From a virus (Duplodnaviria > Caudoviricetes): a stretch of 64,000 nt of DNA. Both the position numbers and the translations under genes were made by a program. The stretch lies in the IMG/VR virus record IMGVR_UViG_3300025849_003344; one strand, written 5' to 3'. This document shows positions 36,196 to 45,687 of this stretch, piece after piece; within the stretch, counting starts at the first letter, position 1, and each line of letters begins with the position of its first letter. The notes under the pieces are model-generated. The model searched no databases. It was not told where the DNA came from and saw nothing but the letters and a program-made list of their open reading frames with translations.

Positions 36196-39100
36196 CTACA
36201 GATTAATATAACCAAGTAATGTGCCTGATCCGCCGCCACCACCGACAACAGATCCTAATGTGTTAAGACCAATTTTTCTCAGTCTTCCGGTAGTTCCACT
36301 GTATATCATCAAGTGTTCTTGTGCAGCAACGAATGAGTCAACACCTACTTCGTCTAATCCAGTAATATGCCTTGGGTGTAATCTAAGTCCGCCCTTTGTT
36401 CCATAAGCAGAATCCCATATCATATCACCAAGGCTATCGGCATTGTCTTTGAAGTGCTGATACCATTCAGTTTCTGACGGCCCCGTGTATACAAACACGC
36501 CAGTCGAAGAATCGTAGGTCATCGATCCGTCACCGCCAGCATCAGTCAATGATAGGTGAGTTCGAGTTTCTAATGCAGAAGGTCCTGTATATGATATAAC
36601 GCCTGTTGCGGCATTATATGACATGGAACCGTCACCACCATTATCAGTAACAGAGATATGTGCCCGAACTTCGGTAGGACTAGGGCCTGTGTATGTCATC
36701 GTGCCTATAGCAGAATCATATACGAATGATCCGTCACCACCAGCATCTACGGCCTGTATTGCATTTCTAGCTCTGGCAACAGTATAATATTTATTATTAC
36801 CTTCAGATAAATCAGTTGTACTATGATTTGATATATCAGATACTTGACCAGTCACGTTGCCAGTCACGTTACCTGTTACATCACCATAAAAACTATCTGC
36901 TTGGATATTACGGTTGAATACAAATCTTTGAGTAGCATGAGCATATGTAAACGTAGGCTTGTCTACAATGTTTGTTCCGCCGATAGTTAAACCAGCACCG
37001 TTAAGAGCAGATGAATCTGCTGCACTATCAGCTAATACAATATTCTTATCATTAAGACTTATTGCAGTAGAATTAATAGTTGTTTGTACACCTTCAACCT
37101 GAAGATTACCAAGAATTCTTACCGTACCAGTTGCATCGCCGTGCGCAGCCGGATCAATAATAAAATCTGCAGGTCCTTGTAATGTGCCGGTCTGTACTAT
37201 ATTATTAAAAGTAACATTACTGGTTGAATCAAGTGCCTGATTAGTTGAAACTACGCCTGTTGTAGGATTGTAGTTTAAACTTTGTCCAGCACTGATATAT
37301 GATCTAACAGTAGCAGTAGAAGCCGCATCTCCAAGTGCCGAGTCAAACCTAGCTCTTGTGTAATATAGTTTATTGCCTTCGGCCAAGTTTGTTGTACTAA
37401 ATGGATCTAGCGTTATGGTAGAATTAAAACTGTCTGTTGCAGTCGTAATAGTTAACTGACCGGTTACAGAATCAAAAGTATTTCCGGTTACAACTGATAT
37501 AGGAGTATTAACTGCACCAGTTATAATGCCTAGAGAGTCAACAGTAAGCTGAGATACGTTTGTGGCGTTGCCATACGTGGCTGCTGTGACGCCTGAGGAG
37601 ATAATCCGATATATGCCGTTAGTATTATCGTAGGATAATCCAGGACCAGCAGAAAGGATACCTTTCATTTGCGCAGAGTCAGGAAGCTCATCTATACGTT
37701 TGTTTAACGAGTCAATTGTCTTACCAGACATATCACCCGGAATATACAAACCAGTATTTGTAGCAAAGAAATCATTAGCTACGCTATAGGCAAAATATTT
37801 TGAATTTGACCCGCCACCAATCTGAAAACCACCACCTTGGTAGTTAGCAGTATTACTATCATCAACCGCGAAAATAATTCTATTGTCTGTTGTATGAAGA
37901 AACTGAGTGTCGAGCAAGATGCGATCTGATGTACCTTTAAGAGTAATAGCATTACCAGTAATAGTAATATTACTTGAGTCCGTCAGCGCGTTTATTGTAT
38001 TGGCATTTAATTCGGCGTTAGCATTAACTATACCCGAAGTTAATTGACCTGTAACAATGCTACCAGTTACAATATTTGCAGAGCTGTCAAGTCTAAATGT
38101 GCCGGTTGCTTCGTTATAATTTACTCCAAGGCCGCCGCTAAAGTGCGCACGTGCTTCGGCAGGACTTGGACCGGTGTATGTAAACACACCACCCGATTCA
38201 AAGTATGTAAGGGAACCGTCACCGCCAGCATCGATAACGCTTATTTTGCTTCTAAGATCGAGATCGCTTGGACCACTGAATACAAATTGACCTGTCGCAG
38301 AATCATATGTTAGATCCGCTCCACCTTGTTGATCAGAAACAACGCTGAATAAAGCTCTAACACTATCATCTTCTAGCTTAAGTGTAAACTGGCCTTTGCT
38401 AGAATCAAGAGTAAGTTTACCCATTGAGAGAGGATCTGTCGTAGCCGATAATGTTCCGGCGATATCAGTATTGCTTGGTCCTGTATATGTAACTCGACCT
38501 TCATTTTCATTGTATGCAAGTGAACCTAATCCACCAGCATCAACAAAACTCATCGATCCACGAATATCAGAATCACGCGTACCGTATATTACGACGTCAC
38601 CGGTTGTTTGGTTGTACGTTACTGTTCCATATTCATTGACATTAGCAATTGAGTCTGCAGTGTGTCTAAAGCTAATGGCATGCCGTGCATCTGAGTCTTG
38701 ATAATGTGCACCTGTTGTAATACTGAATTGACCAGTACCAGAATTATATGATAGGTCGCCTGATGCAGATAACAAACTGCGAATGTCGGCATCGGTTCGT
38801 TTAGAATAACTGAATTGGCCTGTTGTCTGATTGTATGCCAAATCGCCGGCTGCAGATAAAGATCCTCTTATATCAGAGTCAGTAACCTTTGTAAATACAA
38901 ATTGTCCAGACGCGGCGTTATAAGCAAGTGACCCGTAATCACCGGCATCGTTTGTAACAGAAAATAGTGCTCGAGTAACTGCAGAATCAGTTACATCCAC
39001 CGATCCGAGATCAACAGAAAATACACCAGTACCAGTATCGTAACCAAGGTCCCCACTGACATTAAACAACCCTCGTATTTGTGCATCAGTTTTTTCAGTA

Positions 39101-40023
39101 AAACTAATGATGCCTGTGTTTTGATTATAAGCAATATCACCAGTTGCACTAATCAACCCGCGCGTATCAGAGTCGCTCGCTCCTTGGTATGATATTTGAC
39201 CTGTGTTATTGTTGTATGAAAGCGAACCTTGTCCACCGGCATCAACAACACTAATTGACTTACGCGCATTGTCAGAATCGAATGTTCCGCCTAACGAACC
39301 AGTAAATGTAATTTTACCTGTAGCAGAATCGTATGCTAAGTTCGCACCAACATTAATTCCAGATCTTATATCAGCAAGACTTGGGCCAGTATAGGTTAAT
39401 ATACCTGTCGGAGCATTATACGCAAGTGAGCCATATCCGCCTGCATCATTAACAGAAATAGATGCTCGCCCACGAGAGTCAGTATAATATAGGTTAGAAC
39501 CTTCTGGTAGATTTGTTGTAGACTTCGTGTTGAAGTTACTGTCAAACCCAGCTGATCCGCTTGGGACCGTAACAGAGAATTCACCTGTAGCAGCGTTATA
39601 TTGTAAATCATTTCCGGCACTAAATTGACTACGAATTTGATTAGGTGTAGGACCTGTTAGTCTAGTGGTTCCACCTGTCGTAATTAGTGTGCCAATAGCA
39701 CTACTGTCATAGGTAACATTAAATAGTGATCGAACGCTATCAACGCTAGGTCCAACATATGTTAGTGTTCCGCCAGTCTCCGATACTGAACCCATGCCTG
39801 ATGAAGAAACAGTAAGTCCACCACCTACAACCGCAGATAATGATATGTGATTAAATTTGGCAGAAGCCGAATCATACTGAAGAATTGTACCGTCAGCTAG
39901 ATTTATTGAGCCATTAACATCATCTAATCCGGTAAGACTACCGTTTGCTGCAGAACCAATTCTAAGTGGTGTTCCGACAGTAACTTTTTTTACGATGGTA
40001 TTCGTTCCGATAACGACCTTCAT
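36196..40023 (-). CDS. Long repetitive tail-fibre protein (1275 aa)
   Basis: Many IS..DAGG.GSL.Y...TG..TYTGPS and SA.GDL.YN..TG.FS repeats; T/S/G rich; no Cys seen. Confidence 0.8.
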   Translation of the reverse strand: MKVVIGTNTIVKKVTVGTPLRIGSAANGSLTGLDDVNGSINLADGTILQYDSASAKFNHISLSAVVGGGLTVSSSGMGSVSETGGTLTYVGPSVDSVRSLFNVTYDSSAIGTLITTGGTTRLTGPTPNQIRSQFSAGNDLQYNAATGEFSVTVPSGSAGFDSNFNTKSTTNLPEGSNLYYTDSRGRASISVNDAGGYGSLAYNAPTGILTYTGPSLADIRSGINVGANLAYDSATGKITFTGSLGGTFDSDNARKSISVVDAGGQGSLSYNNNTGQISYQGASDSDTRGLISATGDIAYNQNTGIISFTEKTDAQIRGLFNVSGDLGYDTGTGVFSVDLGSVDVTDSAVTRALFSVTNDAGDYGSLAYNAASGQFVFTKVTDSDIRGSLSAAGDLAYNQTTGQFSYSKRTDADIRSLLSASGDLSYNSGTGQFSITTGAHYQDSDARHAISFRHTADSIANVNEYGTVTYNQTTGDVVIYGTRDSDIRGSMSFVDAGGLGSLAYNENEGRVTYTGPSNTDIAGTLSATTDPLSMGKLTLDSSKGQFTLKLEDDSVRALFSVVSDQQGGADLTYDSATGQFVFSGPSDLDLRSKISVIDAGGDGSLTYFESGGVFTYTGPSPAEARAHFSGGLGVNYNEATGTFRLDSSANIVTGSIVTGQLTSGIVNANAELNANTINALTDSSNITITGNAITLKGTSDRILLDTQFLHTTDNRIIFAVDDSNTANYQGGGFQIGGGSNSKYFAYSVANDFFATNTGLYIPGDMSGKTIDSLNKRIDELPDSAQMKGILSAGPGLSYDNTNGIYRIISSGVTAATYGNATNVSQLTVDSLGIITGAVNTPISVVTGNTFDSVTGQLTITTATDSFNSTITLDPFSTTNLAEGNKLYYTRARFDSALGDAASTATVRSYISAGQSLNYNPTTGVVSTNQALDSTSNVTFNNIVQTGTLQGPADFIIDPAAHGDATGTVRILGNLQVEGVQTTINSTAISLNDKNIVLADSAADSSALNGAGLTIGGTNIVDKPTFTYAHATQRFVFNRNIQADSFYGDVTGNVTGNVTGQVSDISNHSTTDLSEGNNKYYTVARARNAIQAVDAGGDGSFVYDSAIGTMTYTGPSPTEVRAHISVTDNGGDGSMSYNAATGVISYTGPSALETRTHLSLTDAGGDGSMTYDSSTGVFVYTGPSETEWYQHFKDNADSLGDMIWDSAYGTKGGLRLHPRHITGLDEVGVDSFVAAQEHLMIYSGTTGRLRKIGLNTLGSVVGGGGGSGTLLGYINL

Positions 40024-40038
40024 GAGAATTCCTTAAAG

Positions 40039-40383
40039 TTATGTTACGGACGGCGTAACTTCAATTGTGCCTTCAAGGACTCTTTCTACAACAGTGTTTG
40101 AATCACTGTCTACAAAAGAAATCTCAACATCGTATACGTATCTACTGGCTTTTAGAGCATTTGTTTGCACATTCGTTAGGCTTAGATTTACAACACCAGC
40201 TGTTGAAGGTGCTTGGATCTCAGTCGTAAATGCTGTCGAATCTGTTGAACTGTAGGTTTTTTTAATTTTACCCGCAACAGTGTAGTTCGTAAGATTCTTC
40301 GGGTTACCACTAGTGTCTTCCAATTCCAATTGAACTGTTACATCAGTGCCTTTATCGATTTGAAGTTCTTCATATTGTGCCAT
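40039..40383 (-). CDS. BppU-N-like baseplate/fibre adaptor protein
   Basis: IDKGTD...LTNYTVAGKIKK...LSLTNVQTNAL...RYVYDVEI...RVLEG.IEVTPSVT pattern. Confidence 0.65.
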   Translation of the reverse strand: MAQYEELQIDKGTDVTVQLELEDTSGNPKNLTNYTVAGKIKKTYSSTDSTAFTTEIQAPSTAGVVNLSLTNVQTNALKASRYVYDVEISFVDSDSNTVVERVLEGTIEVTPSVT

Positions 40384-40405
40384 TGGATAAATGCTCTTTG
40401 CTAAA

Positions 40406-41296
40406 CTACTTACCCTTATTTATACCTTTTATCCACTGCATTTTTTTATTGATGAAGTGATAAAGTTTAGCCTTAGGATTCATTTGATTTGGTTGACTTA
40501 TCAACTCATCAACTAGGTAGTGCCAAAGATTATCCATGTACTGTACCTTAACATCACGCGACTTAATATAATAACTAAAAACCGTTTCATTATCATAATT
40601 AAATATACGCTGAATGTTTTTTGGATATATTGAAAACTCATCATGTTTAATATTTGTCATGAGATTAATGGTATTATCAAAATCCCTGAAGTAATCTAGT
40701 CTCTTAATTACTTCGCTTGACCCGGCCATAATTCCAGTATTAAACACATCATTTTCGCATTCTAAACCCACTTCAAAAAGCATAGCATGTGTGTTCCAAT
40801 ACTTTGAAGCCGGATTTCTAATACACAGATTATAGTTAGCAGATTTCATAGATTTACCTCTTGCAGCTAATCTATTAGAATTTGCTACAGCAAATCTATT
40901 ATCTACATCATGAGCATCAAATATAGATTCCGTTGTATTAGGTACAACGTCAAAATCCATATATGCAACGTAATCATATTCATCGGCCAAAGCCCTCATA
41001 CGACTGTGTTTATAGAAGTTTACTATATCATACTCACTGATCTCTGTAAACCTATTTTTTATGTCATCAAAAAATTCTTTGTATGTACTATCATATTGAT
41101 ATAGTATATAGTCAGCACCAATATCATTGGCGTACTGGCGCTGACGTTCTGTAACTAGATCAGCATTAGACAGCAAAGACATTTTAGTCTGGTGACTTTT
41201 ATCAGTTGTTACTAGTTTTCCATCTTCATACCATCCAGGATTATCTAATCTTTCTTCTGGTATGTCAATGAAAATACTAAATACTACTTTAGCCAT
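40406..41296 (-). CDS. Putative GT-A fold glycosyltransferase
   Basis: NFYKH...YVAYMDFDVV (DxD), FNTGIMA, DNETVFSY and YHFINK motifs. Confidence 0.6.
   Translation of the reverse strand: MAKVVFSIFIDIPEERLDNPGWYEDGKLVTTDKSHQTKMSLLSNADLVTERQRQYANDIGADYILYQYDSTYKEFFDDIKNRFTEISEYDIVNFYKHSRMRALADEYDYVAYMDFDVVPNTTESIFDAHDVDNRFAVANSNRLAARGKSMKSANYNLCIRNPASKYWNTHAMLFEVGLECENDVFNTGIMAGSSEVIKRLDYFRDFDNTINLMTNIKHDEFSIYPKNIQRIFNYDNETVFSYYIKSRDVKVQYMDNLWHYLVDELISQPNQMNPKAKLYHFINKKMQWIKGINKGK
40417..40424 (-). promoter_or_regulatory. Late promoter TATAAATA (inside the 3' end of the upstream gene)
   Basis: Exact motif 33 nt upstream of ATG 40383. Confidence 0.6.
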
Positions 41297-41700
41297 GCAA
41301 TCTTTTTACCTTGTTCAATTCGGCTGTCATATTCATTTATCGTACCAGGATAACGCCATGCCCATATTGCAACGAGCGCCATGAATCCGCCAGACCACAT
41401 AACAGCTTTAATGTTCTCGGTCGTAAACCAAAGAAACAATACGCTTGATGTCATTACAACTACCATTGCATATTTACCTTTGGTCGGAAACACTTTATAT
41501 TGTATCCAGTTTGTAAGGAATGGTCCAAAATATTTATGGTTATAAATCCAATCATGCATACGTTTACTAGACTTACTAAAACAATATGCTGCTAACACTA
41601 GAAATATACTAAATGGAATTCCAGGCAGAATGACGCCAATATATGCCATTCCTAAACTAAGAAATCCTAACACCAGCCATGCAGTTTTTTTAATATTCAT
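41284..41700 (-). CDS. ybaN: YbaN/DUF454 family inner-membrane protein
   Basis: LGFLSLGMAYIGVILPGIP...FLVLAAYCFSKSS.RMH.W...HKYFGP matches the YbaN signature. Confidence 0.85.
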   Translation of the reverse strand: MNIKKTAWLVLGFLSLGMAYIGVILPGIPFSIFLVLAAYCFSKSSKRMHDWIYNHKYFGPFLTNWIQYKVFPTKGKYAMVVVMTSSVLFLWFTTENIKAVMWSGGFMALVAIWAWRYPGTINEYDSRIEQGKKIAWLK

Positions 41701-42317
41701 TTTCCAATAACCATGAACCGATCAAAGTCCCCTAAGTTTAAAGTTTCAACATGTGCAACCCATTCAAGATCTAAGCTATCAGCAAACATCTCGGCAGTAG
41801 GGTGACAGTTAATATGCGAGTCTAATTCAGTATAATTGTTAGATTGAAATGCAACCCAGCAATCAGGATCTTTAGCTTCAATTAAATTAATTAAATCTTT
41901 TTGCTCCATATGCTCACAAGAGGTGTTTACAAGTGCAGTAAACTGTGGTATAATTAAAGAGTCAGTTATGTTGAGGGTAGAGAATGCTATGTCATAATCA
42001 TGAAATAGTTTATGTCCATACGCCTCACACATTGGATCCATGTCTGTAGATTCAATGTTCATCTGTGATTGAGGCCACATCTGCCTTAGCTGATAAGCCA
42101 TCATACCATACCAACCTCCGACAACCAAAATTTTACCGGCATCATGGTCATATAATTCATAGAGTTTTTCTGCTAACCACTTTTTACCATTCCAATGATT
42201 TTCATCTATCGCATGTGATAAGTCTTTAATTCGATATAGATCTTCAACGCCATACATTGATTCATCATATATCTCTTCACAAAGCTTGAGCGTCCGATAT
42301 AAGATCTTCGAATTCAA
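41697..42317 (-). CDS. Class I SAM-dependent methyltransferase
   Basis: ILVVGGWYG (motif I), STDMDP and VNTSCEHM motifs. Confidence 0.75.
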   Translation of the reverse strand: MNSKILYRTLKLCEEIYDESMYGVEDLYRIKDLSHAIDENHWNGKKWLAEKLYELYDHDAGKILVVGGWYGMMAYQLRQMWPQSQMNIESTDMDPMCEAYGHKLFHDYDIAFSTLNITDSLIIPQFTALVNTSCEHMEQKDLINLIEAKDPDCWVAFQSNNYTELDSHINCHPTAEMFADSLDLEWVAHVETLNLGDFDRFMVIGK

Positions 42318-42948
42318 TGTCTAATCCTTCATATGTTATAATAGCTGCAGAACTTGGCCTAATTTCGTTTTTAGCAAACCGTGAGCGTGACGCCGAATAT
42401 CCGGGTATTATATAAGCCAACTCAAAATCTTCGTGTGCTAAAAACCTATCCATACCCGGATACTTCCGCATATAATAATCACGTAAGCCAGTGTTAAAAT
42501 GTTTCCATACATTATGTATATCAGGGTTACTGGCATCCCATGTCATAACAGAACTGTTGATATGAACATCATAGTTAGATAATCGGCCATACAGCTTCTT
42601 AACTTTATGTAATTCATTGATAACAGTCAACTTTGACCAATCATGCCCACCATTCAAACGATTTATAATATCATCATTAATTAATGTATCGAGATCTAGG
42701 AATATCGTTTTTCCTTGCATAGGCATAGCTTCATCAAATAGCCTAAGCTTATTCCATACACCTTTAAGTGTAGGGGAACTAAAATTATTAATGATTGTAA
42801 TATTAGGATCTATATCTGTAGGATCGTCAGTATAGCAATAGAACTCAAAGGCATCTGTGCATTTAAGCTTTATATCATTATATAATTTGTTCACAAAATT
42901 AGAAGAATACTTTGTGCCAAATTTAACTGTTACTATGTTGTATTTCAT
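42277..42948 (-). CDS. Putative GT-A fold glycosyltransferase
   Basis: VKFGTKYS..FVNKL, FYCYTDD, WNKLRLF, IFLDLD (DxD) and INSSVMTW motifs. Start moved to ATG 42948. Confidence 0.72.
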   Translation of the reverse strand: MKYNIVTVKFGTKYSSNFVNKLYNDIKLKCTDAFEFYCYTDDPTDIDPNITIINNFSSPTLKGVWNKLRLFDEAMPMQGKTIFLDLDTLINDDIINRLNGGHDWSKLTVINELHKVKKLYGRLSNYDVHINSSVMTWDASNPDIHNVWKHFNTGLRDYYMRKYPGMDRFLAHEDFELAYIIPGYSASRSRFAKNEIRPSSAAIITYEGLDIEFEDLISDAQAL

Positions 42949-44086
42949 TATACGCTGCAAATAATTGTGGTATCGATTTTGCCTTTCGTACCTTCATTTT
43001 CATTTCACGGCTCGGACTATTTTTTACTTCGGGCAAATCGAAAATAGCTAGCTTAGTTTTAAAAACAGTATCTTCATCTTCGAAATTATTTATAATAAAA
43101 TCTGCAACGTTTTTTGGTGTAACCGGATTGACTGTAGGTACTGACATATTAAATTTCTTATACATTTCAGCTTTTACTTGAGTAATCTGGCTATCGCGAT
43201 ATTGATCTGCCTCATCATATCTAGCAACAACCTGCTGATCAATTTCACTTTGAAGAACTTTTAATTGTTCTATTTTATACTGATCTGCTTCTTCATATCT
43301 AACTTTAACCTGTTCATCTATCTCAGCCTGAAGAATCTTTATTTGCTCTTCCTTATATTCATCGACTTCACCAAAACGAGATTCTACTTGTAACGAGATT
43401 TCATCTTCAAGTATTTTAAGCTGTTGCTCTTTATACAAAGCAACTTCATCGTAGCGAGATTCTATCTGTGCATCAACTTCAGCCTGAAGAATCCTAGTCT
43501 GCTCTGCCTTGTACTCATCGACTTTAATATATCCTTCAGCTACACGGCGTTCTACTTGTTCATCAAGTTCAGTTTGAAGATTTTTAGTCTGCTCTAGTTT
43601 GTACTCATCGACTTCAGCAAAACGAGATTCAACCTGTGCATCGACTTCAGTTTGGAGAATTCTAGTCTGTTTTATTTTGTACTCATCAACTTCGGCAAAC
43701 CGTTTTTCTATCTCATCAGACATTTCGCTCTGAAGTAAAGCCATTTGCTGTGATTTATATTCATCAGCTTCTTCAAACCGACGAGTTACTTGTTCGTCAA
43801 TTTCTTTCTGAATATCAACGAGCCACACAGCAAGCATATCTTTTGCAGCTTGTTCGATGGCTTTATGTTTAGCTTGGGATTGAGATTCAAAATATAATCT
43901 TGTGTAGTCTTGAACATCTTCAAGAGTGATCTCATCCATAAGATCTAAGAAGTCTTGATTAGTATAATCTATAGGTACAAAAAATACCATAAGATTATCG
44001 GTTCCCTCTTCATAAAGAACTTCAATAGTTTTCTCAGATGTATCTACAAATTTAGTAGATTTGATTTTACCTGAAAACTTTGCCAT
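42923..44086 (-). CDS. Coiled-coil protein with eight 26-aa repeats
   Basis: Repeat consensus E(I/V)D.QVE.RF.EVDEYK.EQ.KILQ. spans about residues 95-306. Confidence 0.8.
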   Translation of the reverse strand: MAKFSGKIKSTKFVDTSEKTIEVLYEEGTDNLMVFFVPIDYTNQDFLDLMDEITLEDVQDYTRLYFESQSQAKHKAIEQAAKDMLAVWLVDIQKEIDEQVTRRFEEADEYKSQQMALLQSEMSDEIEKRFAEVDEYKIKQTRILQTEVDAQVESRFAEVDEYKLEQTKNLQTELDEQVERRVAEGYIKVDEYKAEQTRILQAEVDAQIESRYDEVALYKEQQLKILEDEISLQVESRFGEVDEYKEEQIKILQAEIDEQVKVRYEEADQYKIEQLKVLQSEIDQQVVARYDEADQYRDSQITQVKAEMYKKFNMSVPTVNPVTPKNVADFIINNFEDEDTVFKTKLAIFDLPEVKNSPSREMKMKVRKAKSIPQLFAAYNEIQHSNS

Positions 44087-44104
44087 AATAAACCTCTCAT
44101 TATA

Positions 44105-45091
44105 TTAGCTGGCTCCAATACGCAGAAAGTGCGTACTTTGCACAGTCGGAGAACCCGTTGGCACGTTTTGTGCATAGTAAGTTGTAGCATCTGGTTGTTC
44201 AAACTTTGTCACATAAAGTGCAACATATGAGTTAGTTATACCTGATCCACGGGCTACGCCATAAGTTGTATATGTCGATGGGTATATCTGATATCGAATG
44301 CGTGAACCGGTATGATTAATCGCGGCCCATTGTACCCAATCCTGTAACATTTCACCAAGCGCTGTAGCCGGCGTATCTTGCACGTCATTGGTATTAATCT
44401 TAAGACATGCTGGCGTAACATAATCCACAGAAGGCGCGGGATCAACTCTATGTAAATAGAAACTAGTGGCAATAAATGACTGATCCTGTACCTCGGGTAA
44501 AGATCCAAGATTAAACGCATTTACATCAGCTACACTGTCTTGAAATACTGGAGCAGCATTTACAAGTGTCGCTCCGGCTTCAGATGTTGAGGTTGATATA
44601 AAATACGTGCCAGCCTGCCTTTCAGTTGTTCCTGATTCAATAAGTTTTGTTATAGCTGGTTCAATAAATGTATCTAAAAAGTCAGTAGCGTTCATAGCCT
44701 GAATATTTCCAGATGCAGTCATATAAACTGGAAATGAATAATTTGCGTATATTGTAGGAGCACGTTTAGGATTAGTACCACCAAAATTATTATTTAGATA
44801 ATCAGTATAATCACCGGCGCTTTGATCTCTAACATTATCGTAGTTAACAGATTGGTAAGTTGCGGCATCAGCGGTTGGTTCTGGGCCAGACGACGTCGCT
44901 AATGGACCCGCTATCATATAATAATCAACTAAAGTAGTTAAAGTGCCATTACCCTGATCTATATTTAATACGACGGACGGACTATTACCATACTGCCTAA
45001 TAGTTTCATCAACTATTAAAGCAATTTCAGCAGCATTCATAGACTTCAGGTCACCGTTAGGTAACCTTTTGAGCGGTTTGCGCAAGGCCAT
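44105..45091 (-). CDS. Hypothetical virion structural protein (328 aa)
   Basis: In the late operon; T/S/A-rich composition. Confidence 0.65.
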   Translation of the reverse strand: MALRKPLKRLPNGDLKSMNAAEIALIVDETIRQYGNSPSVVLNIDQGNGTLTTLVDYYMIAGPLATSSGPEPTADAATYQSVNYDNVRDQSAGDYTDYLNNNFGGTNPKRAPTIYANYSFPVYMTASGNIQAMNATDFLDTFIEPAITKLIESGTTERQAGTYFISTSTSEAGATLVNAAPVFQDSVADVNAFNLGSLPEVQDQSFIATSFYLHRVDPAPSVDYVTPACLKINTNDVQDTPATALGEMLQDWVQWAAINHTGSRIRYQIYPSTYTTYGVARGSGITNSYVALYVTKFEQPDATTYYAQNVPTGSPTVQSTHFLRIGAS

Positions 45092-45093
45092 TA

Positions 45094-45456
45094 TTAAGCA
45101 CCTGCGCCAATAATCGTTTTAACTGTCGTTCCGTTTGAGTCAATTATATTTAAAGTTGTGGCTGATGTTAACTTGGCTCCACCCACAGTACCATTAATAA
45201 GTGTATTACCATTAATGGTAGCAATGCTTGTATCAATCATTTGTTGAACAGCCGCAGAATCTGTACCGTCTTGTCGATTATCAAATGCAGTTTGTAAAGT
45301 ATTGTGGTTAGCTTCTAATTCATTAATGGCGACAACAACATTTCCGTTTGCTGTAGTAGTAAGAGTTGCGATGTCACCTAGATGTGTACTAATTGTATTA
45401 GTCTTGGTCCGCCAAATACTAACTAAGTCGTTTAGGTCAATTGTAGTTACTGCCAT
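45094..45456 (-). CDS. Hypothetical structural protein (120 aa)
   Basis: N-terminus resembles fibre coiled-coil starts (WRTKTN...GDIATLTT..NGNVV.AINE). Confidence 0.65.
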   Translation of the reverse strand: MAVTTIDLNDLVSIWRTKTNTISTHLGDIATLTTTANGNVVVAINELEANHNTLQTAFDNRQDGTDSAAVQQMIDTSIATINGNTLINGTVGGAKLTSATTLNIIDSNGTTVKTIIGAGA

Positions 45457-45687
45457 TTACTTGTCCACCAGTTGTTTTAGCAAAGTCTTGATATCTGCCA
45501 TGTCTTTTTTCATGTGACTTACGTCATCTTTAAGATTATTAATCTCTTGTTCTTCTTCAAGCCTTTTGCGCTTTGCCGCACGTGCTCTTTCTATATCAGC
45601 TCTACTTGTATTTATGACAGCACCAGTATTTCGGTCCTTGACCATATTAGCGGAGCCTTCTATTTTTATATATCTATTATTCATCAC
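45457..45687 (-). CDS. Hypothetical protein (76 aa, coiled coil)
   Basis: Abuts both neighbouring genes; contains KDRNTGAVINT. Confidence 0.7.
   Translation of the reverse strand: MMNNRYIKIEGSANMVKDRNTGAVINTSRADIERARAAKRKRLEEEQEINNLKDDVSHMKKDMADIKTLLKQLVDK

Noticed and set aside
31508-40023. HxH iron-binding motifs of the T4 gp37 tip type in the long fibres
   Set aside because: No repeated HxH pattern is present in either large fibre protein.
43169-43804. CRISPR-like array suggested by recurring DNA segments
   Set aside because: The segments are degenerate, in frame and explained by the 26-aa protein repeat. There are no identical repeats with unique spacers.
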